A stretch of DNA of 64,000 nt from assembly GCA_032718475.1 (NCBI GenBank), contig JAUCBJ010000385.1, positions 1 to 64,000 on the forward strand, in the 5' to 3' direction. Shown here piece by piece: positions 34,630 to 47,235 of the stretch. The translations under genes were made by a program, and so were the position numbers. Positions within the stretch are counted from its first letter, which is position 1; each line of letters begins with the position of its first letter. The notes beneath the pieces were generated by a model. It made no database searches. It saw nothing but the letters and a program-made list of their open reading frames with translations, and was not told the origin of the DNA. Source of the DNA: Nemertoderma westbladi. Lineage: Eukaryota; Animalia; Xenacoelomorpha.

Positions 34630-36370
34630 ATATAAATAGTTTAGTCGTTTTTTTGTATTGTGAATTAAATTGTTTGCATATGATATTTATTGTATGTCTA
34701 TATAACCTTTTATTTGCTAAGATTTATTGTAAACCTAATAAAAATGACATTAATTATAATTATATTTCTGGAAAATCAAATGAACCCAAGCAAAAGTGGT
34801 CAAACACAGTGGCGTTGGACGTTTTTGGCGCGTTTCTACCACAACATTCTACAAAATTATAAATATTTATTGCATGGTAAATAATGTAGAATATTATTTT
34901 CACCTAGTGTCTTTATTCACATGCCCCCGCCCCCCCCCCCCACACCAAATTTTTCTACAAATCTTAATGAGATTGCATGGAATTTGAAACATAGATAGTT
35001 TCACCTCCCTCCTCCTTGCTGGGTGAGCCAGAATTTTTATTTTCGCTTTCATTCTTTAGCAACAAGCGTTTGAAAAAAGTGTCTCAGACGAAATTGCACC
35101 AGTTACACTGTACTTATTCTTCACCCTTAAATACTGATTTGTTGGAAAGCTGGTTGTGCAAGGATTCCAAATATGTAACACAATCTAAATTTCGTCGTAA
35201 AATAGCTGATCTATCGTGACCAGAGAGCCAGAACAACAATGTGGTTACGGGAAAAATGCAAAAAACCTTGTGATTTCCCTCTATATGGATCCCGTCTCCT
35301 AATTTTTTCGACAGAGGTCAGGGAAGATACAATGATACATTTTATAATAGTGGCTAGAATTCAGAATAAATTTTGTTTGAAAAAAACTGTTTCTTTCGTT
35401 ATTTTCCAAAGAGGCAAAACAACACATACTGAAATTTAACATAAACTCTATTCGGTGTGTGTTGTTTTACCTCTAGGAGTTTGTCACAGAAACAGAACAA
35501 CTCACATCATTCCTCGACTATTGAATGGTGTTTATTATGGTAAAGTATGATAGATATTTAAATATCGCAAACGAACTTTCGCACATTACATTTCCATGCT
35601 GCTCTATTGAATATTTTTCGCCCTTTGCCAGGCTTCCTCATATGTTTCCCTATGACGTCATTGATATACCTAGACAAATTTGGACTAGGATCATCCTCAT
35701 CGTCACTATAACTAGATGTGGAATATAATTTAACTCTGTAAACTCCAAGTCATCAACATACTCCATTTGTACATCGGCATCACCTGCTGGTGAATTCTCA
35801 ATTGAGCACATGTGATTTAAATGGTAATTTATATAAATAGCTCTACTCCGTTGTTATAACTAATTTTAAAATAAGTAATTATATTAATTTAGATTTGATT
35901 CAATATCAATACTAACATTATTTAAAAATAAAATAGATTATGATTAAAAGTTATTTTTCGATGAGTTGTTATTTGCTGTGTTTTTGTCCACGCGGCAAAA
36001 GCGCGACAAAATCGCGGCAGTGAAAGAAATATGGTTCCAAAAAACGAGGCCATAATGCATGAGTAGCTACGTAATAGTATGATTAATGAGGTATTGAGTT
36101 GTTGCCAAGCTACGTATGGAATAAAGGAAATATTCCAGAATATGTTGTATTTATTTAATAGAATAAAATAGCCTCGCTCATATGCAAAACCACGCACTTT
36201 TAAAAGCTCATATTTCGAAATTTAGATTGTGATACATAATTGGAATCCTTGCACGCCCAGCTTTCCAACAAATCACTATAAGGGTGAAGAATAAATACGG
36301 TATAACTGGTGGACTTTCGTCGGAGACACTTTTAAAATTACAAAACAAATAAGAATATTAATTTAATAAA

Positions 36371-36409
36371 ACACAACGCGTTTCGAATATTTAATTTGTC
36401 ATCAGGTGT
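36371..36409 (-). ncRNA. Minimal type-I hammerhead ribozyme motif (Penelope-like)
   Basis: Minus strand reads ACAC-CUGAUGA-CAAAUUAAAUAUUC-GAAAC-GC-GUU-GUGU; stem I ACAC/GUGU; stem II weakened. Confidence 0.55.
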
Positions 36410-36565
36410 AAATTAATCTAAATATAAATGACTACTGTAACACAGTTTATGCGATAAGCCTTTAAAACAGTATTTAATCAAAAACAGTATTTAAAGAATT
36501 TAAAACATTATTGAAGCATTATTTAAAGTATTTAACCCGTGTACAGTATTCATTTAGATTAATTT

Positions 36566-36606
36566 ATCACCTGATGACGAATTAAATATTCGAAACGCGT
36601 TGTGTT
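36566..36606 (+). ncRNA. Minimal type-I hammerhead ribozyme motif (Penelope-like)
   Basis: CAC-CUGAUGA-C-GAAU-UAAAU-AUUC-GAAAC-GC-GUU-GUG; core at 36571-36577 and 36592-36596; palindromic AACGCGUU stem III. Confidence 0.65.
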
Positions 36607-37192
36607 TTATTAAATTAATATGCTTAATTAATTTCGAAATGTTAACTCTTACTTTTTTAAAAGCTTATAGCTAAAGAATGAGGCAAAAATATAAATTCTA
36701 TCTCACCCAGGAAGGAGGAGGGAGGTGAAACTATCTGTTTCAAATTTCATGCAATCTCATCCCTGCTACATCATCATACAGTAGAATAGGATGGAATGTG
36801 CGGCATTTACCTCTCTTATGTGCTGCTGGTCACATTTAGAATAAATTGAATAGTAAAGGTATAAACCAAATTTAATTTACATATTTACAAAGATCAATCT
36901 CAAGGTATGATCAAAGTTTATTTTACTAACATTGTAATTATTTATGTTATATCAACATATAGTTATATTGATATAAGATAAAGATAAATCGACTTCCTAT
37001 ACAAATAATTACATCGATTTAGTTAGTGATTTATATTAATCTTCCCCTTTGTTGTTACCCTTTATAAAGAGATTACTCAATAACCGCGTAACGACAGTTT
37101 TTTTAATGTCATTAATTATTTTATTAATGGTGTATATTCAAGAAGTTTAGGAAAATATATTATTATAAGTTCAGTAAGAATTCAATTAGATA

Positions 37193-38554
37193 ATGTCTGG
37201 TACTGAAAATGCATCTTTTGACATGGAGAAAATTATAGCATCTAAAAACCGCCAACATGATAGTTCAGATAAAGCTGACGAAAACGACGAAATCACCGAC
37301 TACGAGGAACTTCAAGCTAATTGCTACATGTCTATTGCAAATCCAGCAGTCGATGATTCAATCACGAACGTGTCAATCAAGAATGGGGTAGCAGTGAGTG
37401 GAGCTAAACATTCCACAGGGTCAGTAAATATGATATACGACTGGCACAGTGAGAAAGAAAAAGCAGATCAACCAGTTCTCAATGATCGAGATAAAATGAA
37501 GATCCAATCAAAATGTTGGAAGATTGGGTTAAGTCTTGGAATAATTGCTGTAATTATCGGATTGGGTATAAATATTGCTATATTTATTATTGGTTTAGAA
37601 GAAATAGGAAAGAAGTTTACAGCACAAGAAAACATATTAACTGAAAATATGAGTGAACAGTACAGGAATATAAAAGAGGAATTGATTGAACAAGGTGAGG
37701 TCTTACAACAACAGCTGAAAGCCCAAAGTATCGCACTGGAAAACCAGCTGAATGATCAAGGAAATATGCTAGGAAACAGTCTCATCGAACAAACAGATAT
37801 TGTTAATAATACGTTAAACGAAATGGAAGATTCTATCGTTATTACATTATCGCAACTGAAAGTTGATATATTAGAGAGTCTGGGAAAGTTACGTCCGAAT
37901 CAATTCTGTTCTGTTTTACAATATAATAACACAGCGAGAGTCTACGAGCTTTATGACGCGAATAAAGGCCTAAATGGTTACATCCGATGCGACACCACGG
38001 TGCCTAATGGACCCTGGATCGTTATTCAGAGACGTGTTGATGGAAAGCAGGACTTCTATTTGGATTGGAGACATTACGTGTTCGGGTTTGGAGATTTGAA
38101 TCATGAATTCTGGTTTGGGTTACAAAACATTCACGAGTTAAGCGTCAAGGGAGTGAAGTTAAGAATTGATATTTGGTGGAATGGAATTTACCGATATGCT
38201 CAATACCAGCACTTCCAAATCGGTTCAGCTGCGGGTAACTTCACTCTGGGTATATCAGGTTATGATGGGACCGCCGGTGACTCCATACTTTACGGTAGTC
38301 CTGGAGACAACGCCTACCTTTACGGTCAGCCTTTCAGCACCCCCGACAGAGACAATGACGAATGTGTGTGTAACTGCGCGGAGTTTAGGAATGGTTCGTG
38401 GTGGTATAATCAATGTTCCGCCTGTGGTCTAAATGGTGTCTACGGTGCCGGGAACGCAAAGGGACCGCGTTGGACGACTTTCACCGGGACAGAATCAGCA
38501 GACCGAGTGGAGATGAAGATTACACCCCCCAGTACACAATATAGTTACTGGTAG
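37193..38554 (+). CDS. Type II transmembrane fibrinogen-related protein (FReP, FIBCD1-like architecture), copy A
   Basis: Cytosolic N-terminus, TM IGLSLGIIAVIIGLGINIAIFIIGL, coiled-coil stalk, FReD motifs WIVIQRRVDG..DFY.DW..Y..GFG....EFWFGL and FSTPDRDND..NCA....G.WWY..C...LNG.Y; intronless. Confidence 0.92.
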   Translation: MSGTENASFDMEKIIASKNRQHDSSDKADENDEITDYEELQANCYMSIANPAVDDSITNVSIKNGVAVSGAKHSTGSVNMIYDWHSEKEKADQPVLNDRDKMKIQSKCWKIGLSLGIIAVIIGLGINIAIFIIGLEEIGKKFTAQENILTENMSEQYRNIKEELIEQGEVLQQQLKAQSIALENQLNDQGNMLGNSLIEQTDIVNNTLNEMEDSIVITLSQLKVDILESLGKLRPNQFCSVLQYNNTARVYELYDANKGLNGYIRCDTTVPNGPWIVIQRRVDGKQDFYLDWRHYVFGFGDLNHEFWFGLQNIHELSVKGVKLRIDIWWNGIYRYAQYQHFQIGSAAGNFTLGISGYDGTAGDSILYGSPGDNAYLYGQPFSTPDRDNDECVCNCAEFRNGSWWYNQCSACGLNGVYGAGNAKGPRWTTFTGTESADRVEMKITPPSTQYSYW

Positions 38555-38781
38555 GGCCCGCAGTTTCATAAATTAATCTATCAGTAAAATAGATTAAGAT
38601 GGTAATTTTATATTAATTCGTGCAAAATATTTATTTAAACTGAATTTACTTTTACATGATACACCAGCAGTAAACATGAATGAATATACTATTTTAGCTC
38701 GAGACAGAGGTGAGACTAAATGACTACACATTACAATCTCGGCGAATTTTTATCTCGCCTCGATGTGAAATGATCAATTAA

Positions 38782-39498
38782 GGGGGGGGTACACCATTTT
38801 CGGACAACTCTTCGATTTATCACTCTCAGCGTTTCAAAATTGTTTGGTTTTGGCTATAATTTGGAATATAGGTGCCTAAGATGCTATTCTACATGACAGG
38901 TTAGAAAATTTTTATTTTTCGCTATTTAATATTAGTTAATACTAGTTAACAGCAAAAAAAACTTGGTTGCGCTTAAAACCCTAAGGCTTTTACAGTTTTG
39001 AATCTAATCACATGAAAGTTTTTTTATATGATAGACCAAAGATGGGGCAACATAACTATCAGGTGAAATTTTGTAAAAATAATTCTGCACCGCTAGGTGG
39101 CGCTGCAAATTTATGCCAAATTTTTAGGTTTGTTATAAATAGTATTAAATTTTATTAACAAATAATTTCGAAAAGTTGTCTGATACTTTTATGCAGGGTG
39201 GCTATGTAGACAGCCACAGAAAGTTTCAGACTAATTACACAAAAATTGTAGAAGTAGTAGGGTTTCGAAGTTGACAATTTCATAAAAAAAATATTTTGAG
39301 ATAATCGACCTTTCATTATACATAGTAATAGTAATTTCAATAGGAATCCCTAAATGGAAATTGTTATAACTTAAAAACTAAAAGAGCTATTAAATAGCGG
39401 TTTTCAGCTTTAGAAACACCATTCAATGGTGCATTATAATAGATAATAAAAAAAAATTCGACATATTTTTGACCAAAATGGTGTACCCCCCCCCCCCC
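38782..39498. mobile_element. Kolobok-like MITE, copy A
   Basis: TTAA TSD on both sides; TIR GGGGGGGTACACCATTTT..AAAATGGTGTACCCCCC. Confidence 0.8.
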
Positions 39499-39857
39499 TT
39501 AAGGGAAGGGAGCGGCACGTTATTCTAACCAAAACATTAAACTAATAGTCAATAGAAAGTCTAATATATCTAGGTTGTAACAAGACCGTCAAGTAAAAGT
39601 CAGCAATTGCGAACAAAACAACAATAAAAAACACTGTGTCCCTATTGTACAAGGTTTTATTTTATTTTATCTTTCCGATAGGCTTTGCCTGTTAACATTT
39701 TAATTTAATCTACCGTTCTTGTAATTTCGTGGAATTTCGGACACTATTAATATTGGCCTAATCTAATTAGATAATATTCTTGGAATAGCAAACCAATACA
39801 AGTAGCACATGAATGAAACGAAATGAAACAAAAAACAGTTTTAATTTTGCCAGAACA

Positions 39858-42854
39858 ATGCTGGCATGGATGTGGAGTGGATGCTGGCATGGATGTGGAG
39901 TGGATGCTGGCATGGATGTGGAGTGGATGCTGGCATGGATGTGGGGTGGATGCTGGCATGGATGTGGGGTGGATGCTGGCATGGATGTGGAGTGGATGCT
40001 GGCATGGATGTGGAGTGGATGCTGGCATGGATGTGGAGTGGATGCTGGCATGGATGTGGAGTGGATGCTTGCATGGATGTGGAGTGGATGCTGGCATGGA
40101 TGTGGAGTGGATGCTGGCATGGATGTGGAGTGGATGCTGGCATGGATGTGGAGTGGATGCTGGCATGGATGTGGAGTGGATGTGGAGTGGATGCTGGCAT
40201 GGATGTGGAGTGGATGCTGGCATGGATGTGGAGTGGATGCTGGCATGGATGTGGAGTGGATGCTGGCATGGATGTGGAGTGGATGCTGGCATGGATGTGG
40301 AGTGGATGTGGAGTGGATGCTGGCATGGATGTGGAGTGGATGCTGGCATGGATGTGGAGTGGATGCTGGCATGGATGTGGAGTGGATGCTGGCATGGATG
40401 TGGAGTGGATGCTGGCATGGATGTGGGGTGGATGCTGGCATGGATGTGGAGTGGATGTGGAGTGGATGCTGGCATGGATGTGGAGTGGATGTGGAGTGGA
40501 TGCTGGCATGGATGTGGAGTGGATGTGGAGTGGATGTGGAGTGGATGTGGATGTGGAGTGGATGCTGGCATGGATGTGGAGTGGATGCTGGCATGGATGT
40601 GGAGTGGATGCTGGCATGGATGTGGAGTGGATGCTGGCATGGATGTGGGGTGGATGCTGGCATGGATGTGGAGTGGATGCTGGCATGGATGTGGAGTGGA
40701 TGTGGAGTGGATGCTGGCATGGATGTGGAGTGGATGTGGAGTGGATGCTGGCATGGATGTGGAGTGGATGTGGAGTGGATGCTGGCATGGATGTGGAGTG
40801 GATGCTGGCATGGATGTGGAGTGGATGCTGGCATGGATGTGGAGTGGATGTGGAGTGGATGCTGGCATGGATGTGGAGTGGATGTGGAGTGGATGCTGGC
40901 ATGGATGTGGAGTGGATGCTGGCATGGATGTGGAGTGGATGCTGGCATGGATGTGGAGTGGATGTGGAGTGGATGCTGGCATGGATGTGGAGTGGATGCT
41001 GGCATGGATGTGGAGTGGATGCTGGCATGGGTGTGGAGTGGATGCTGGCATGGATGTGGAGTGGATGTGGAGTGGATGCTGGCATGGATGTGGAGTGGAT
41101 GTGGAGTGGATGTGGAGTGGATGCTGGCATGGATGTGGAGTGGATGCTGGCATGGATGTGGAGTGGATGCTGGCATGGATGTGGAGTGGATTCTGGCATG
41201 GATGTGGGGTGGATGGTGGCATGGATGTGGAGTGGATGCTGGCATGGATGTGGAGTGGATGTGGAGTGGATGCTGGCATGGATGTGGAGTGGATGTGGAG
41301 TGGATGCTGGCATGGATGTGGAGTGGATGCTGGCATGGATGTGGAGTGGATGCTGGCATGGATGTGGAGTGGATGTGGAGTGGATGCTGGCATGGATGTG
41401 GAGTGGATGCTGGCATGGATGTGGAGTGGATGCTGGCATGGATGTGGAGTGGATGCTGGCATGGATGTGGAGTGGATGCTGGCATGGATGTGGAGTGGAT
41501 GTGGAGTGGATGCTGGCATGGATGTGGAGTGGATGCTGGCATGGATGTGGAGTGGATGCTGGCATGGATGTGGAGTGGATGCTGGCATGGATGTGGAGTG
41601 GATGCTGGCATGGATGTGGAGTGGATGTGGAGTGGATGCTGGCATGGATGTGGAGTGGATGCTGGCATGGATGTGGAGTGGATGCTGGCATGGATGTGGA
41701 GTGGATGCTGGCATGGATGTGGAGTGGATGCTGGCATGGATGTGGGGTGGATGCTGGCATGGATGTGGAGTGGATGTGGAGTGGATGCTGGCATGGATGT
41801 GGAGTGGATGTGGAGTGGATGCTGGCATGGATGTGGAGTGGATGTGGAGTGGATGTGGATGTGGAGTGGATGCTGGCATGGATGTGGAGTGGATGCTGGC
41901 ATGGATGTGGAGTGGATGCTGGCATGGATGTGGAGTGGATGCTGGCATGGATGTGGGGTGGATGCTGGCATGGATGTGGAGTGGATGCTGGCATGGATGT
42001 GGAGTGGATGTGGAGTGGATGCTGGCATGGATGTGGAGTGGATGTGGAGTGGATGCTGGCATGGATGTGGAGTGGATGTGGAGTGGATGTGGAGTGGATG
42101 CTGGCATGGATGTGGAGTGGATGCTGGCATGGATGTGGAGTGGATGCTGGCATGGATGTGGAGTGGATTCTGGCATGGATGTGGGGTGGATGCTGGCATG
42201 GATGTGGAGTGGATGCTGGCATGGATGTGGAGTGGATGTGGAGTGGATGCTGGCATGGATGTGGAGTGGATGTGGAGTGGATGCTGGCATGGATGTGGAG
42301 TGGATGCTGGCATGGATGTGGAGTGGATGCTGGCATGGATGTGGAGTGGATGTGGAGTGGATGCTGGCATGGATGTGGAGTGGATGCTGGCATGGATGTG
42401 GAGTGGATGCTGGCATGGATGTGGAGTGGATGCTGGCATGGATGCTGGCATGGATGTGGAGTGGATGCTGGCATGGATGTGGAGTGGATGCTGGCATGGC
42501 TGTGGAGTGGATGCTGGCATGGATGTGGAGTGGATGCTGGCATGGATGTGGAGTGGATGCTGGCATGGATGTGGAGTGGATGCTGGCATGGATGTGGAGT
42601 GGATGCTGGCATGGATGTGGAGTGGATGCTGGCATGGATGTGGAGTGGATGCTGGCATGGATGTGGAGTGGATGCTGGCATGGATGTGGAGTGGATGCTG
42701 GCATGGATGTGGAGTGGATGCTGGCATGGATGTGGAGTGGATGCTGGCATGGATGTGGAGTGGATGCTGGCATGGATGTGGAGTGGATGCTGGCATGGAT
42801 GTGGAGTGGATGCTGGCATGGATGTGGAGTGGATGCTGGCATGGATGTGGAGTG
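39858..42854. repeat. G-rich satellite of TGGATGCTGGCA (12 nt) and TGGATGTGGAG (11 nt) subunits, ~3.0 kb
   Basis: Read directly; basic 23-bp unit with extra 11-mers. Confidence 0.98.
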
Positions 42855-43144
42855 AGGTAATTATCGTACCTCGGCGAATTAATATTTCGTCTTATTGTTA
42901 AATTTCAAATTTAGGGAAAGGAGAGAGTTAAAGTGGCGCGTTATTCTAACCAAAACAATAAACGAAAGTCAAGAGAACAGGTTACAGTTTTATTTTTGAG
43001 AGTAATTCCCCTGGAGGGGGATGAATTTTGTTTCGCTACCTTCACTATAACTCAAAGGAACTGAGTGGTTCAATGAGTGAATTGTGAATGAGTGAATAAT
43101 TCAAGGAGATATCGACAGAAACTCGATAGACCTGTCCATTTCAG

Positions 43145-44134
43145 GTCATTCTGAATCGCCAACTCATCCATCTCCCATTCCGCACTCGTCAGACACAGAA
43201 ACATCAGAAATGTTTGTCAAACCGGAACCTTCCATCAACATATCGGAACCCCTCCAAACGGAAGCGAGTTCCCTCAAAAAGAGTAAAATTGTTTTCAAAA
43301 AGACAATTGGAGCCAATAATGGTAAAGGTGCAATTACGATAAAGCCTGGATCCTTTGATGGGATTACTAGAGGGGAATTTAACCCCAGTGCCATAAATTT
43401 GGAGAACTCTGTTAACTTCGATTTCAGTACGACGTTCTCAGTAGGCACACCTTCCGAGAAAATCCCGCACCAGGAACCGGCCGAAATCGGTGAAAATGTC
43501 GAAATAATTGACAACCCTATAACAATAACACACGAAAGGCCAGCCACTAAGGTTGACAGTTGCGAATTATATCCTAACACGATCGAAAAACTGGACCCAC
43601 AGGAGCTAATAAATAAGATAAAAAATTGTCTACAAGAAATTACCGATAACCGTCCGGCCAACACCATGGCTCAGTGATGATGTTGTGGATGGATTTATGG
43701 GACTAATACAACTCCACTTCCCCCACACAGCGCCGGTACCAAGCCAACTCGCGGAGCAGCTGAGATCATCGGGCTGTAGCCAACTTTCCGCAATCCAATA
43801 CGTGGCGACCCGGTATCTCGGTCGCTATCAATCTATAGCACCGACTCTTCTCTTCTTGCCGGTTTGTAATAAAGATCACTTCATCCTTCACGTGGCCGAC
43901 ACCAGAGTACGTACCGTGTACGCAATAGACTCAAACCGAGCATCGATGCCCACGCGAATAACCTTCGCCTTCGCGAATATTCTGAACACAATCGACGAAA
44001 ATAATCCTTGGAGCAAAAATAAAGCAACTGAGAAACGGAAAGTGGGATCAAAGTATACAACGTTAAGTAAGCAGGGGAACGGCTATGATTGCGGGGTGTA
44101 TGTCTGTCTGGTTCAGCTATTATATGTAACATGA
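43145..44134 (+). pseudogene. Ulp1/SENP-type (C48) cysteine protease fragment with a frameshift at ~43665, copy A
   Basis: WLSDDVVDGFM, LFLPV..DHFIL..AD......IDS, QGNGYDCGVYVC (His-Asp-Cys triad and oxyanion Gln); possible acceptor TTTCAG ending at 43144. Confidence 0.75.
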
Positions 44135-46645
44135 ATTAGTTCAGTTGGGTTGTCATGCAATGGAAGTATAGGGGCCTGACCCTGATAGTAATACCAAATC
44201 CAAAACTAGTGGGAAAAAATGGTATCGTGCTGTAACCATTCCTGTTATACACATGAAAATTCGATATAATCAAAACATTTCCGTTCTGGTTCAAATTTTC
44301 TTAACTATTTATACTTCGGGATCCCAGTCCAAAAAGAGTCGGGATCGGGACTGGGATTGCATTTTCCGCCGGGATTCCGTTTAAAACACTAATACACCCC
44401 CCCACCCCCAGTGCTGTTAGCTGTTACCCCCGTCACACTTAACGAATCACGAATCACCCACAACCCCCCCCCCCCCCCCCCCGTAATATTGTGTTACTAT
44501 TGGATTGAATGTATTAAATTAGAAAAATGGTTTATATGTAGATACATGTATGTATATTGTTTTATATTATAACTGATTAATATATATAATACGGTATTTA
44601 CTGTACCATGATACTGTAACCAACCCAGTCATATATATTAGACTTTGGGGTCTGTGTAGTTAGCGAGTAGGTACATTTATGTACAGTTTTATGAGTATAC
44701 AAAACAAATATCTATAATATAATATTCACCAAGTAAATTACAAACATTGACGTATTACTAAACTGCAGCAAATATAGAATGTTTAGTTTACAGTGTGAAC
44801 AAAAAATAACGTTTAAAATAATTACATATTATACATACAACTAATCAAATGTGTAAATTTTTCATAGAATAGAACTAAGTTAAGAACTTAAAGAGGGAAA
44901 AATATCTGTCGAATAATAATGGGGGTGAAATATTGAATTGGGTAAATTAGTCACCATGACCGTACGGAGGTCAACATTAAAGGGGTTCACTTTAACTTGA
45001 TATAAAATAATTTTAATTAATCCAAGGCGAATATTATCACGCAGTGCTGCGACCTGCTGTATAAATCTGTTGTTGCATACATACATACATACATAGAATA
45101 AAATATATCCATACAATGCATACATACAATATATACACCAATACACATGGACACAATATAATCGGCGATTTTAACCAAAAAATTATATATTTATTATAAA
45201 TTGTAACTTGTTAAATTATAACTCACCATCGGTGTAAGTGGCCCTATAAATGTGGCATGCATATGTAACACACGCGGGCTGTGTACTAGGGGAGGTACAT
45301 ATTTCAATAAATTCAACCTTTTTTTGAAATGTAAAAAGGGTAATTCACTTTCTGGTGTATCAATAATTGAAAAATTAATATTTAGCGGTTTATTTTATGT
45401 TCGCTCTTGAAATCATGTAAATGAGATCATGTGGTCCTTTCCGAAAGGATATCCATCCACTGTACCCCTCCTAGTCGCTAGTCATATACAATAATATTAT
45501 TAAACAATATAATATAACATGCGTTTTATCACGTAACGATTTTATTAAACTGCACAAGTAATAATTACTTGAAAAAAGCACAAAATCATACAAATACCTA
45601 CCCTACGTCCTACCCTAACTTCCTGCCAACATACATTGCATATCTTGCGTAATTCATAATTAACTTTCAGTTTCCCAAACTCGTAAGAGAAACATAAAGA
45701 GCTAACGCAGGTGCAGGCTAGCAAAGGCGATACACTAAAACATTAAGTTCAGATAATTAAAAGTAACAAAAACTAACATAAAAAATAAAATAAGAAAGAA
45801 AATACGCGATTAAATGTATAGCCATACGGACTCAGTGATGTAAATCATTTTATATCACTGCGTTTACAAACACTGACATCAGAACACAAATAGAAAGCAA
45901 AACTTACTGTAAATTAAATCTAAATGAATAAGCAAATTATATATAAAAACTACAAACTCCCACAGTCACACTGCAAGGAAGGCAACAATCTATAGACATA
46001 AAGTTAGTGTAGATGTTTGTGGGCCTTTAATAAATACGGCCAACCGCCTACAGCCTCAACATTATCTACATTGGAAGTAAATATATATAGGAGTCCACCA
46101 CAATAAAACAATGAGAACTTACTGCCATAAACTACACAGACACACATATCGCTAATAGAGCATCACATTATATTAATTATCTAGTATAATTAAACATTTT
46201 ATCAGTTTTAAGAAGCTCGGTCTTGACTATTTTTTATCTTTAACTGGGGCGCAAAATGAGTAATTAGTAATGACTTAATAATTAATAGCCTGCCCTATGG
46301 ATAGACTCGTATCAAAGTATATGCCGGTACAGTTAGAAAGTCGTGAGTAGAATTTAGTAAAAAATACCGGTACTTTAATATTTTTAACTTCTTGATTTAA
46401 AATTTATTGTTCTAAGGTTTAAGCTAAATTCGCAATAATAGTTAACTTGGCAAACTAGTTAACTGGTTAAGTTATCTGACTTCTTAACTAATATTTACTA
46501 CATTACGAGACAATTTTTCTATACTGACACTGAATGATAAAATATACTACGTTATAATTGCGTGATGAGAAATAGTAATAGCAACCAATAAAAGGTATAG
46601 TATACGGGCGGGGTTACTAAGCAAATGTTACTAAGGGGCCATCGT

Positions 46646-46710
46646 AGCCGGCACAGCATTCTTAAAAATGCAGCTGCAATGCAGCATGCGGATCCTAGTA
46701 GTAGTAGTAG
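46646..46710 (+). mobile_element. 65-bp 3' end of an RTE LINE with a (TAG)n tail at the duplication junction
   Basis: Matches 25396-~25448 with 3 mismatches, followed by TAG repeats; no TSD. Confidence 0.85.
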
Positions 46711-47235
46711 ATTTGTTGGAAAGCTGGCCGTGCAAGGATTCCAATTATGTATCACAATCTAAATTTCAAATTTGAGCGTTTAAAAGTGCGCGGTTTTGCA
46801 TATGAGCATGAGCGAGGCTATTTTTTCTATTAAATAAATACAACCTAATATTTCCTTTATGCCATACGTAGCTTGGCAACAACTCAATACCTCATTAATC
46901 TCATTTAATTTACATATTTACAAAGATCAATCTCAAGGTATGATCAAAGTTTATTTTACTAACATTGTAATTATTTATGTTATATCAACATATAGTTTAT
47001 ATTGATATAAGATAAAGATAAATCGACTTCCTATACAAATAATTACATCGATTTAGTTAGTGATTTATATTAATCTTCCCCTTTGTTGTTACCCTTTATA
47101 AAGAGATTACTCAATAACCGCGTGCCTAGAATAACGACAGTTTTTTTAATGTCATTAATTATTTTATTAATGGTGTAAATTCAAGAAGTTTAGGAAAATA
47201 TATTATTATAAGTTCAGTAAGAATTCAATTAGATA

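Larger units (their letters stand above)
34967..36760. repeat. Long imperfect inverted repeat of a dispersed family (arms ~34967-35195 and ~36215-36760)
   Basis: ATGAGATTGCATG..TTTCACCTCCCTCCTCC..GATTTGTTGGAAAGCTGG and its reverse complement; family pieces also at 46711-46900 and ~62480-62865. Confidence 0.65.
36870..46648 (+). repeat. Tandem segmental duplication, copy A (~9.8 kb)
   Basis: Collinear with 46903-55845 at roughly 99% identity outside the satellite. Confidence 0.95.

Noticed and set aside
39747-42901. Six ~1000-aa ORFs (and ~720-aa ORFs at 49801-52092)
   Set aside because: Stop-free satellite gives the same periodic peptides in all frames; no coding evidence.
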